A DNA stretch of 64,000 nt. Source: an uncultured Acutalibacter sp. GTDB lineage: Bacteria > Bacillota > Clostridia > Oscillospirales > Acutalibacteraceae. The stretch lies in NCBI GenBank assembly GCA_963559705.1, contig CAUWLU010000006.1:1095-65094 (forward strand). The letters run 5' to 3'. The first letter of the stretch is position 1. Each line of letters starts with the position of its first letter. Shown one piece after another: positions 37,468 through 46,309 of the stretch. Below the pieces are notes generated by a model, which worked only from the letters and a program-made list of their open reading frames with translations, did not search any database and was not told the origin of the DNA. The translations under genes were made by a program, and so were the position numbers.

Positions 37468-38881
37468 CCACACAATTCTTCCCTTCAAAGATTTTTGGGA
37501 ACACCTCGGTAAGCGTCACGGGACGCTCCATCCGGCGGACCACCACCTTTTTCGGCGTCAGCCCATTGCGGGAGAGAATCCCGCTGACCGCGGTTTCGAT
37601 CTGTCCTGTAAAGCCAGCCGCTTTTTCAGGGCAGAACACCTGAACATCCACGTCCCGCCCCTGATTGAACAAGATCACGTCAAACAGGCCCAGGGCCTGG
37701 ACGTCCAGCTTCAGCAGGAAGCGCACACCGCCTCCCCTTCGTCCGGACTTGGCGTCAGCTTCATTTTCCGCGTCAGGGTCCACCCACATCTCCGAAAAAA
37801 GAGCCTTGCCGTCGATTTCCGCCGGCAGCATATAATGGTTGATCGGCATATATACGCTTTCGTTGACGAGCATCGCGTCCGTCAGCTGCCGGAAAGCCTC
37901 CTGGACCTGTGCGTCCCCTTCGCCCCTCAAGGCCCGGCCGGCGGCTTCCGCCAGCTGATCGGCAAAGCGCGCCGAAGGAGATTGCTCGTCAGCCGCCATG
38001 CCCTTGAACAGATGCAGCAGCGCTTGATCGTCAATTCCTCCCAGCTGGTCCCGCAAAGTGCCGAACCCCGTCATCCTGTGGAAGGCCTGCAGCACGTTTT
38101 CCGCTGAGCCATTCTCATAACGGGCCATGTCCAAGGTCAGCAGGGACAGCAGCGCCCGGGGGGTTCCCATATCATGAGTGCGGTCCACATAGTCCGCCAT
38201 ATAGGGGAAAAGCCGCTGCTGCAGCAGGGCCAGGGCCGCCGCCCTGTCTCCGGAGGCCATGGAGTTCTGCAGCTCTCCGGCCAGCTGCCGCAGATGCTCC
38301 CCCCAGCTTTTCGGCATGGAATCCGCCATGGCCAAAAGGTTCCGCAGCAAATTTTTTTCCAAATGAGAGGAAGAGGTAAAGTCACCGTATGCCTTCACAA
38401 ACTGGAGGATGTCTTGGCGCACGGCCTCCGACGCCGCGTTGCCATAGGCATTTCGCAGCAGTGCAAACAGGGCCCCCCTAAATTTGGACCCATTTTTCAC
38501 CTGACTGAAAAGGAACTGCTTGAGCTGCTGCTCATCCATGGGGATTTGCTGCAAAAGCTTCGCCATCTCCCCGGCGATTCCCTCGCTCATACCCGAGGAG
38601 ACCACTGTCAGAGAGCGCAGCAGCGCCGTCAGGCCCTCCAGCGCTGTGGGAGCCTGCCGCAGCCGCTGCAAAAAGGCCTGAAAATTGGAATCGTACCGGA
38701 TTGTTCCGGAGTTCAGCTGGCCGCTGTCCTGCTGCTCGGCCCTATTATCCGGCCGCGTCACCCGGTTTGGGTCCGGAACATTGGAAATTTGCGTATCGTT
38801 TGAAGAAATCTGCGGGTTGCGGTTTGCACCCGTGTTGTCATATCCGGGGACCGGATTGGTGGCCCCTAATATTTCAGGCAT
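37454..38881 (-). CDS. FliK-like flagellar hook-length control protein (YlqG-like)
   Basis: The C-terminal block VRFLLKLDVQALGLFDVILFNQGRDVDVQVFCPEKAAGFTGQIETAVSGILSRNGL fits the Flg_hook/FliK C-domain pattern. The N-terminus is disordered and Gln/Asn/Pro-rich. A GAGGTG RBS lies 9 nt before ATG 38881. The rest of the protein is not recognisable to me. Confidence 0.55.
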   Translation of the reverse strand: MPEILGATNPVPGYDNTGANRNPQISSNDTQISNVPDPNRVTRPDNRAEQQDSGQLNSGTIRYDSNFQAFLQRLRQAPTALEGLTALLRSLTVVSSGMSEGIAGEMAKLLQQIPMDEQQLKQFLFSQVKNGSKFRGALFALLRNAYGNAASEAVRQDILQFVKAYGDFTSSSHLEKNLLRNLLAMADSMPKSWGEHLRQLAGELQNSMASGDRAAALALLQQRLFPYMADYVDRTHDMGTPRALLSLLTLDMARYENGSAENVLQAFHRMTGFGTLRDQLGGIDDQALLHLFKGMAADEQSPSARFADQLAEAAGRALRGEGDAQVQEAFRQLTDAMLVNESVYMPINHYMLPAEIDGKALFSEMWVDPDAENEADAKSGRRGGGVRFLLKLDVQALGLFDVILFNQGRDVDVQVFCPEKAAGFTGQIETAVSGILSRNGLTPKKVVVRRMERPVTLTEVFPKIFEGKNCVDVKV

Positions 38882-38920
38882 GCTGTAAACACCTCTGGGA
38901 CAAAAATTGCACGGCCTACT

Positions 38921-38947
38921 TAATTTTTCCACACGCCATGCCGATAA
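38921..38947 (+). promoter_or_regulatory. candidate sigma-28 / SigD-type promoter for cheA-cheW-cheR-cheB
   Basis: TAAT (38921-38924), 15-nt spacer, GCCGATAA (38940-38947), compared with the consensus TAAA-N15-GCCGATAT. Lies 40 nt upstream of the cheA ATG. Confidence 0.5.
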
Positions 38948-38986
38948 AACCAATATAAGGTTACAAAAAGGCGGTGCAGTTTGTTT

Positions 38987-41080
38987 ATGGATACCAACAA
39001 GGACATCTTAGATGCCTATATTTATGAAACCAACACGCTTCTGGAGCAATTGGAAACCATGGTGCTCTCTGCGGAAAAGGCCAATACCTTCTCTCAAGAC
39101 AACGTCAACGAGATCTTCCGCATCATGCACACCATGAAGGGCTCCTCTGCCATGATGGAATTCGAGAACCCCGCAACGGTGGCTCACCGGGTGGAGGATC
39201 TGTTCTTCATCATCCGGGACAAGACCATGGATGTGGTTCCTGAAGAAGACCGTCCCGCGCTGTTCGATCTTCTGTTTCAATCCATCGACTATTTCCGCAG
39301 TGAAGTGGAAAAGATCGAATCCGGCGAAACTCCCAATGATTCTATCGACAGCCTTCTGGATAATATTAAGAGTCTCATGGCTAAAATTAAAGGCGAAAAA
39401 GCCGACGCCCCCAAAGGCGCGGCAAAAAGCGCCGCTGCGGCCGCTCCCAAGGACGCACCCGCTGCCGCCGGCCAAGCAATCGCCACAAACCCGGATTTCC
39501 CCTACTCCCTCCATGTGATGTTCGACGAGGGCTGCGGCATGGAAAATCTGCGCTCCTTCATGCTGGTCAACTCCATCCGCGACTTCTGTCCTGAGGGCGA
39601 TTTTGCCTTTGAGCCCGCCGATGTCGAGACCAACCAGGACACTGCTGAGCAGATTGTAGAGCTGGGCTTCACCCTCTTCTTTAAAGACAAGGAGCAGCGC
39701 GACAACGCCATTCACACTGTGACCTCTACCGGCTCCGTGCGTTCCTATCAAACCGAGGACGCTCCTTCCAAGCCCGCACCCGCCCCTGCTCCGGAAGAGC
39801 CTGTGCAGCCCGCGGAAAAGCCTGCGGCGCCAGCCCCCTCCAAAGCAGCTCCGGCCCCGCAAGCCGGGACGCCGTCCCCCTCCTCCCAGCATCCCAAGGA
39901 AAGCTTAATCAGCGTGAACCTGAACAAGCTGGACCAGCTCAATGCCCTGGTGGGAGAGATCGTTATTACCGAAAGCATGGTGACCGCTTCTCCCGACCTG
40001 AAGGGACTGAGCCTGGATCAGTTCACAAAGTCCGCGCGGCAGCTCCGCAAGCTTACCGACGAGCTGCAGGATGTGGCCATGTCGCTGCGGATGGTCCCTG
40101 TTTCGGGCACCTTCCAAAAGATGAACCGCATTGTGCGGGATATGAGCAAGAAGCTGAACAAGCGCGCCAAGCTGACCTTGGTGGGCGAGGATACCGAGGT
40201 GGACAAAACCATCGTGGACAGTATCGGCGACCCCATCATGCACATCATCCGCAACTCCATGGACCACGGCATTGAGGACCATGAGGAGGACCGCATCAAG
40301 GCCGGCAAGGACCCTGTGGGCGAGATCACCCTCTCTGCGCGGGACACCGGCAGCGAGGTCATCATCGAAATCCAGGATGACGGCCACGGCGTCAACTACG
40401 AAAGCGTTTTGAACAAGGCGATTAAAAATGGCCTGGCAAGCCCTGATATGGAGTATTCCAATAAAGAGATTTTGAATTTCCTCATGCTGCCCGGCTTCTC
40501 CACCAACACCCAAGTGACCGAGTTCTCCGGCCGCGGCGTGGGCATGGACGTGGTCAAGCGCAACATCGAGGAAGTGGGCGGCACCATCAAGCTGGAGAGC
40601 GAGCCCGGCAAGGGCATGACCACCATTCTCAAAATCCCGCTGACCATGTCCATCATGGACGGCATGGAGGTCTCTGTGGGGGATTCCATCTTTACGATCC
40701 CCATCAACAATATCCGCCAAAGCTTGAAGGTCTCCCCGCAGGATGTGGAGCTGGATTCCGCCGGTGTGGAGATGATCAAGATCCTCGACAATTTCTACCC
40801 GATCATTCGGGCGAGAGACATCTATCAGCTGGACAAGGGCCGCACGGAAATCGGCGACGGCATCGTTATGTGGCTGGAATCGGGCGAATGCTCCTATTGC
40901 CTGTTTGTCGACGAGCTGCTGGGAGAACAGCAGGTGGTGGTCAAGCAGCTGCCCAGCTATCTGAACAGCTTTAACATCAAGGAATACGGCATCAACGGCT
41001 GCACCCTTTTGGGCGACGGCAGCATCAGCATCATCCTGGACGTGCTGAACCTGTACAAAGCCGCCCAGGGGCTGCTCTAA
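38987..41080 (+). CDS. cheA: chemotaxis histidine kinase CheA
   Basis: HPt site FRIMHTMKGSS, a Pro/Ala-rich linker, the dimerisation domain, HATPase blocks (HIIRNSMDHGIE, DDGHG, GRGVGMDVV) and a C-terminal CheW-like domain. The track starts 6 nt earlier at a TTG. Confidence 0.95.
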   Translation: MDTNKDILDAYIYETNTLLEQLETMVLSAEKANTFSQDNVNEIFRIMHTMKGSSAMMEFENPATVAHRVEDLFFIIRDKTMDVVPEEDRPALFDLLFQSIDYFRSEVEKIESGETPNDSIDSLLDNIKSLMAKIKGEKADAPKGAAKSAAAAAPKDAPAAAGQAIATNPDFPYSLHVMFDEGCGMENLRSFMLVNSIRDFCPEGDFAFEPADVETNQDTAEQIVELGFTLFFKDKEQRDNAIHTVTSTGSVRSYQTEDAPSKPAPAPAPEEPVQPAEKPAAPAPSKAAPAPQAGTPSPSSQHPKESLISVNLNKLDQLNALVGEIVITESMVTASPDLKGLSLDQFTKSARQLRKLTDELQDVAMSLRMVPVSGTFQKMNRIVRDMSKKLNKRAKLTLVGEDTEVDKTIVDSIGDPIMHIIRNSMDHGIEDHEEDRIKAGKDPVGEITLSARDTGSEVIIEIQDDGHGVNYESVLNKAIKNGLASPDMEYSNKEILNFLMLPGFSTNTQVTEFSGRGVGMDVVKRNIEEVGGTIKLESEPGKGMTTILKIPLTMSIMDGMEVSVGDSIFTIPINNIRQSLKVSPQDVELDSAGVEMIKILDNFYPIIRARDIYQLDKGRTEIGDGIVMWLESGECSYCLFVDELLGEQQVVVKQLPSYLNSFNIKEYGINGCTLLGDGSISIILDVLNLYKAAQGLL

Positions 41081-41108
41081 TTCTTTTGAAAAACCAGGAG
41101 GCAATCCT

Positions 41109-41567
41109 ATGAACGAAGAAGTGCTTTACGAGGAAGAGGAATTGGTAGAGGAGAGCGAATCCAGCAAATATTTGATCTTCGTCACCGATGGCCTAAAGTT
41201 CGGAGTGGATGCGGAATATGTGGTGGAGATCATCACCAACCACATCATCACCCATTTGCCCATGCTGCCCGATTATATGAGCGGGATCATCAACCTGCGG
41301 GGCCAGATCATCCCCATCATGAACATCCGCACCCGGCTTGGAAAGGAAGACCGGGAGGACTGCTTGGTGATCGTTTTGAATATTGACGGCACTCAGCTAG
41401 GCTTGCTGGTGGACACTGTGGACCAAATGATCGATATCCCCAAGGAGCTTCTGGTCCCCATCCCGCCCCAAAGCAACCAGCGGTTTGTGTCCGGCATGTG
41501 TTCTCTGCCCGATGGCTCCGGCACCATGCTTGTATTGGCCTGTCACAAGCTGTTGTCCCATGATTAA
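41109..41567 (+). CDS. cheW: chemotaxis coupling protein CheW
   Basis: 152 aa; YLIFVTDGLKFGVDAEYVVEI...GIINLRGQIIPIMNIRTRLG is the typical CheW fold sequence. Confidence 0.93.
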   Translation: MNEEVLYEEEELVEESESSKYLIFVTDGLKFGVDAEYVVEIITNHIITHLPMLPDYMSGIINLRGQIIPIMNIRTRLGKEDREDCLVIVLNIDGTQLGLLVDTVDQMIDIPKELLVPIPPQSNQRFVSGMCSLPDGSGTMLVLACHKLLSHD

Positions 41568-42410
41568 GCCGGGTAACGGAGAATCCCGGTTCTCCCCTCT
41601 GGCAATTACAGACGCTGATTTTCAACGGCTCGCCCGGTTTATTCAGGGAACCTATGGAATCGACCTCTCCAAAAAGCGCCAGTTGATCGTCGGCCGCCTT
41701 TCCACGGCCATCCGCCAGCGCGGGTACGACAGCTTTTCTAAATTTGTGGATCATCTGCTGAACACCAAGGATCAGGATGAGCTCACCCTGGTGCTCAACA
41801 AGCTCACCACGAACTACACCTTCTTCATGCGGGAGGTGGATCACTGGGAGCTTTTCCGCACCCATATCCTTCCGGAAATCGTCCGGCGGCATCAGCGTGA
41901 CAAAACCCTTGCTATTTGGAGCGCAGGCTGTTCCTCTGGAGAAGAGCCCTACAACATCTCCATGTACCTATTTGATTATCTGGGCAGCCAGGCGGCTGCT
42001 TGGGACACCAGGGTTCTCGCCACGGACATCTCCGAGCAGGCGCTGGCCACTGCCCAAAAGGGCATTTACGAGCTTCCGGAGAATATGCCGCCCGCATGGA
42101 AGAAGAAATACTTCCTCCCCCAGCCGGACGGCTCTTGGATGGTGACCCCCCAGGTGAAGCAAAACGTGATTTTTCGCACGTTCAATTTGATGGATCCCAT
42201 CCAATTCAAGCGCCCGTTCGATGTGATCTTTTGCCGCAATGTGATGATCTATTTTGACCAACCCACAAGGACGCCTTGGTGCGCCGCTTTTATAATGCCA
42301 CGCTGCCGGGGGGATATCTTCTCATCAGCTATTCGGAGAATCTCAGCGCCAACACGCCCTATGCCCGCATTGCGCCGGCCACTTATCAGAAACGAGGTGA
42401 GCGCCGATGA
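41560..42410 (+). pseudogene. cheR: chemotaxis methyltransferase CheR interrupted by a single-nucleotide frameshift near 42258-42269
   Basis: The first frame (ATG 41560, overlapping the cheW stop) encodes a normal CheR through CRNVMIYFDQPT and then becomes nonsense. The frame offset by -1 continues KDALVRRFYNATLPGGYLLISYSENLSANTPYARIAPATYQKRGERR. It ends at TGA 42408-42410, overlapping the cheB ATG at 42407 (ATGA). Total length is 851 nt, which is 3n-1. Confidence 0.85.
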
Positions 42411-43462
42411 CCATGGAAAGCACCGCTGCCAAAAAAATCCGGGTCATGGTTGTGGACGATTCTATGCTGGCCCGCAGCATGATTATAAGAGCTCTTTCCG
42501 GATCTCCTCAAATCGAAGTGGTGGGCTATGCTGTCAACGCATTGGACGCCAAGACAAAAATCCCCAAGCTGAGTCCTGATGTAGTTACCATGGACGTGGA
42601 AATGCCCGGCTTGAGCGGCATCGATTTTTTGAAGGAGTTTTTGCCTCATCATCCGGTCCCGGTGATTTTGGTCTCCTCCTTAAACCTGCGGGTGTTTGAC
42701 GCTTTGGCCGCCGGCGCAGTGGACTTTGTCCGCAAGCCGGAGGAGCATTCCTCTACGGAAGAATTTGCCGCGACCCTTCTGCAAAAGGTGATCACCGCTT
42801 CCCACGCACGCGTGCGGATGTGTTCCCCCAGTCTCACCGCTCCCACCTCCCACACAGTTCCCGCAGCCCCGGCACGGCGGCAGCTCTCCCAGGTGATCGT
42901 GGGCCTGGGCGCCTCCACTGGAGGCACGGAGGCAACGCTGGAAGTGATGAAGCGCTTGCCTGCGGATATCCCTGGGATGGTGATTGTTCAGCACATGCCC
43001 CCGGGATTCACCAAAATGTACGCGGAGCGCTTAAACCGCATCTGCGCCATGGAGGTGCGGGAAGCAAAAAACGGTGATGAGATCCGTCCCGGACTGGCGC
43101 TGGTAGCCCCCGCAGACCTGCAAGCGAGGGTGGTCCGCGTCGGCTCCAAGTATACCCTTTCCTGTATGCCCGGAGAAAAGGTATCCGGGCACCGGCCCTC
43201 CGTCAATGTACTTTTCCGGTCCATTGCGGATAATGTCCACTGCAAAACAGTGGGCATCATCCTCACCGGCATGGGACGGGACGGAGCGGACGGCCTGCTG
43301 GCTATGCGCAAAAAAGGAGCCTATACCATCGGCCAGGATAAGGAGTCCTGCGTGGTGTACGGAATGCCCATGGAGGCCTATAAAATAGGTGCTGTATGCA
43401 CCCAGGCATCCTGCGACAACATTGCATCCCTGCTGATGCGGCACCTCAATTCGCTTACATAA
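42407..43462 (+). CDS. cheB: chemotaxis response regulator protein-glutamate methylesterase CheB
   Basis: Receiver domain (RVMVVDDS, DVVTMDVEMPGLSG) and methylesterase domain (GASTGGTEA, VIVQHMPPGFT, LTGMGRDGA). Confidence 0.95.
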   Translation: MTMESTAAKKIRVMVVDDSMLARSMIIRALSGSPQIEVVGYAVNALDAKTKIPKLSPDVVTMDVEMPGLSGIDFLKEFLPHHPVPVILVSSLNLRVFDALAAGAVDFVRKPEEHSSTEEFAATLLQKVITASHARVRMCSPSLTAPTSHTVPAAPARRQLSQVIVGLGASTGGTEATLEVMKRLPADIPGMVIVQHMPPGFTKMYAERLNRICAMEVREAKNGDEIRPGLALVAPADLQARVVRVGSKYTLSCMPGEKVSGHRPSVNVLFRSIADNVHCKTVGIILTGMGRDGADGLLAMRKKGAYTIGQDKESCVVYGMPMEAYKIGAVCTQASCDNIASLLMRHLNSLT

Positions 43463-43468
43463 AAATGC

Positions 43469-43506
43469 GGAGCGACGGGAAAAAAATCCCGCCGCTCCTT
43501 ATTTTT
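43469..43506 (+). terminator. rho-independent terminator after cheB
   Basis: GGAGCGACGGGA-AAAAAA-TCCCGCCGCTCC (one mismatch) followed by TTATTTTT. Confidence 0.7.
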
Positions 43507-43525
43507 GCATCAAGCTTGCCGATAT
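43499..43525 (+). promoter_or_regulatory. candidate sigma-28 / SigD-type promoter for the flgM operon
   Basis: Perfect -10 element GCCGATAT at 43518-43525. The -35 is weak (TTAT at 43499-43502, 15-nt spacer). Confidence 0.55.
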
Positions 43526-43572
43526 ATAAGTAAGACAGAAGGAAGGCCTGCAGCGCCTTCCCTGGAAAGGAC

Positions 43573-43899
43573 GTGAACGCATTGTTGGGCTCTACTGGTT
43601 CCAGCGGCATTTCAAATATCACATCATCCACTCTCTATTTTCCAAACCACACAGAAAAGGATAGCGGCGCCCAATCCGCCCATCCCCCTCAATATGATTC
43701 CATCACATTCTCTTGCAAAGCAGAGGGCGCCAGCCGGTTCCACCAAGAAATGGTGAGCCGTCTTGCCCAAGAGGTGCGCACCGCCCACACTACGGGGGAT
43801 ATCCAGCGCCTTAAACAGCAGGTAGCGTCTGGGCAGTACGTTCCGGACCCCGTAAATATCGCCAACCGGATGCTGTTTTTGACAAAAGAGGAGGATTGA
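43573..43899 (+). CDS. flgM: anti-sigma-28 factor FlgM
   Basis: 108 aa with a GTG start. The C-terminal IQRLKQQVASGQYVPDPVNIANRMLF matches the FlgM sigma-binding helix pattern. It is the first gene of a flgM-flgN-flgK-flgL operon. Confidence 0.8.
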   Translation: MNALLGSTGSSGISNITSSTLYFPNHTEKDSGAQSAHPPQYDSITFSCKAEGASRFHQEMVSRLAQEVRTAHTTGDIQRLKQQVASGQYVPDPVNIANRMLFLTKEED

Positions 43900-43903
43900 A
43901 CGA

Positions 43904-44383
43904 ATGACAACTACCTCTTTTGACGCATATCTGGACTTGCTGGAGGAGATCTGCCAGCAATTGGAAACCCTCACCTCTTTGAACCATCAAAAGCTGGATG
44001 CGGTCCGGCGGGATGACCTGGCAGCACTCAACGAGGTCCTCAAAAAGGAGCAGGCCGTATCGTTGGGGATGCGGGGGTTGGAGCATAAACGCATGAAGCT
44101 GGCTGAGGAGCTGGGGTTCCTGAACGCACCGCTGAGTCAGCTGACCAGCCAAGCTCCGCAATCCGGCCAGCGCAGGGCGAAAGCTGTCGTCGAAAGGCTT
44201 CAAACCCAGTACCAGCTTTATCATGCCGCAGCCGAGGTCGCACGCAATTCTTTGGAAGTGAACCTCCATGAGATCGAGAAGATCCTGGAGCAGTCCGGCG
44301 CGGCCCCTCTGCAAGGCGCCCTTGGTTATGAAACTCCTGAGGCAAATTTACCTTCTCAAATGAAAACCGACTTTCGCGCATAA
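43904..44383 (+). CDS. flgN: FlgN family flagellar export chaperone
   Basis: 159-aa helical protein between flgM and flgK, preceded by a GAGGAGGA RBS. Sequence LLEEICQQLETLTSLNHQKLDAVRRDDLAALNEVLKKEQ. Confidence 0.75.
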   Translation: MTTTSFDAYLDLLEEICQQLETLTSLNHQKLDAVRRDDLAALNEVLKKEQAVSLGMRGLEHKRMKLAEELGFLNAPLSQLTSQAPQSGQRRAKAVVERLQTQYQLYHAAAEVARNSLEVNLHEIEKILEQSGAAPLQGALGYETPEANLPSQMKTDFRA

Positions 44384-44417
44384 CAACGTCAACGGAAATA
44401 AAGGAGAACGATAGCAC

Positions 44418-46283
44418 ATGTTGAACAGTACCTTTGGAGCTTTTACTACCGCCCGGCTGGGGATTTACGTCTCTCAAATGGGCCTAAATGTTACGGGCAA
44501 CAATATTGCCAATATCAACACCCCCGGATACACCCGGCAGCACCTGGATCAGGTCAGCTTCCGCGCCGGCGGCAACGACCGGTATCAGTCCCTCATGACC
44601 TCCCGGGTGGGCTCTGGCGCTTTGGCCGTGGGTGTGTCCCAAATCCGCGACCCCTACCTGGACATCCGCTACCGCACGGAGCTTTCCAGCGTGGGCGCGA
44701 TGGACAGCAAGCTCACGGGCTTGAAGGATCTGCAGGCCATTTTGGATGAGGTGGGCGACGGCTCTGATGAGCATGGCCTCATTCACGCACAGCTGAGCGA
44801 CTTGCTGAAAAAATTGCAGAATCTCACCACCAACACCAACCAGGATGACTTTGACACGCAAGTGCGGGAGTCCGCATCCGCATTGGTGGATCTGCTGAAC
44901 AGCTACTCCAGCCAGCTGGATCAGGTGTATGACAACACCGTGGATAAGCTCAATCAAAACGTGAAAGACGTCAACAATCTGCTGAATCAAATCCGCGATT
45001 TGAATGACCGAATCCGCCGCAGCGACATTCACGGCGACGATGCCTTGGAACTGCGGGACCAGAGAAACTCTCTGATCGACGAGCTGTCCAGCTACATGAA
45101 AATCGACGTGGTCTACTCCACGGAAGAGGTCAGCCCCAGTGTCTTTGTGGAAAAGCTGACCATTCGCCTGGGCAACGCAAACCCTCAGAACACGAATACC
45201 GAGGGCGCCACTTTGGTGGACGGCATCTATGCCACACAGTTGTCCGTCAACCCCGAGCGTTTGAATCCCGCTTTTGATCCCAATGCCCCTGCCGGCGTGA
45301 ACAATCCTCCCTATCTCACCGAGGACGGCGTCCCGACGGACAAAGCGGACGAGGCTGCCCTGACTTACGATGTCTCCCTGGACTCCTTGAAGGACGCCAA
45401 GGGCAATGTGCTCAACGGCTCTGACAAGGTTGCTCTGGACGATAACGACCTTTTGGGCTCTTTGCAATCGGTCCGGGAGCTGCTGACGGAGGCCGGAGAG
45501 TTCACCACCAAGAACACTGTGGCCGATATCGATGAGAGCGGCGCCATCAAGCGCGGTATCCCCTACTATCAGAAATCCCTGGATTTGCTGGCCAAAACCT
45601 TTGCCGATGCCTTTAATAAGGCGAATACCGGCTATGTGGTCAATGAGAAGGGCGAATATCTGGACACAAACGATAAACCGATCACCACTCCAGACGGAAC
45701 TATTCTGAAAAACGATATGAATCTGACGGCGGATCAGCTTGCCGTGCTGCAAGCTCAGGGTCAATCCATGGGCGGGCCCCTGTTCTCCAGCGGTGGGAAC
45801 AACACCGACAACATCACTGCCGGAACCATCTCCATCTCTGACAGTTGGGCAAACCGGGATGTAAAATTGGTTGCCTCTTTCGTCAAGCCCACCGGCCAGG
45901 ACAGCATCCCCAGCACTGCCCATGACAATATCACCCACATGGTCAATTTGATGGATAAGGACCTGACCTACAATCCGCAGGAATTGGTGGACGATGCTGT
46001 TTCGGACGACATTTTCGTGGGTTCTTTCCAGGAAATGCTGGTGAACATCAGCGCGGTGCTGGGCAACGACACCCGCAGCACCACCACGATGCTCAACACC
46101 TATTACAACTCCGCTGTGGAATTGGAAACCAGCAGAGATTCCGTCTCTGCCGTGGACCTGAACGACGAGGCCACCGGCCTGATCCAGTATCAGAAATCTT
46201 ATTCTGCCGCCTGCCGTCTGCTGACCACCATCGACCAGGCCTTGGACAAGCTGATCAACGGCACCGGCACAGTGGGTCTGTAA
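44418..46283 (+). CDS. flgK: flagellar hook-associated protein 1
   Basis: The N-terminal GLNVTGNNIANINTPGYTRQ and the C-terminal LIQYQKSYSAACRLLTTIDQALDKLIN are FlgK hallmarks. Confidence 0.93.
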   Translation: MLNSTFGAFTTARLGIYVSQMGLNVTGNNIANINTPGYTRQHLDQVSFRAGGNDRYQSLMTSRVGSGALAVGVSQIRDPYLDIRYRTELSSVGAMDSKLTGLKDLQAILDEVGDGSDEHGLIHAQLSDLLKKLQNLTTNTNQDDFDTQVRESASALVDLLNSYSSQLDQVYDNTVDKLNQNVKDVNNLLNQIRDLNDRIRRSDIHGDDALELRDQRNSLIDELSSYMKIDVVYSTEEVSPSVFVEKLTIRLGNANPQNTNTEGATLVDGIYATQLSVNPERLNPAFDPNAPAGVNNPPYLTEDGVPTDKADEAALTYDVSLDSLKDAKGNVLNGSDKVALDDNDLLGSLQSVRELLTEAGEFTTKNTVADIDESGAIKRGIPYYQKSLDLLAKTFADAFNKANTGYVVNEKGEYLDTNDKPITTPDGTILKNDMNLTADQLAVLQAQGQSMGGPLFSSGGNNTDNITAGTISISDSWANRDVKLVASFVKPTGQDSIPSTAHDNITHMVNLMDKDLTYNPQELVDDAVSDDIFVGSFQEMLVNISAVLGNDTRSTTTMLNTYYNSAVELETSRDSVSAVDLNDEATGLIQYQKSYSAACRLLTTIDQALDKLINGTGTVGL

Positions 46284-46309
46284 TTTTGTAAGAAGGAGGA
46301 TTTGACTCT

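Noticed and set aside
42270-42579. Continuation of the cheR first frame (364-aa ORF) as a genuine long CheR overlapping cheB, or programmed -1 ribosomal frameshifting.
   Set aside because: The continuation has no similarity to the CheR C-terminus, whereas the -1 frame does and ends in an ATGA junction with cheB. No X-XXY-YYZ slippery heptamer or downstream pseudoknot-like structure is evident at 42258-42269. A mutation or a sequencing error is more parsimonious.
45523-45530. Second exact GCCGATAT (sigma-28 -10 consensus) inside flgK.
   Set aside because: It is within coding sequence, has no TAAA-like -35 at 15-nt spacing, and there is no downstream gene start to serve. It is probably a chance occurrence.
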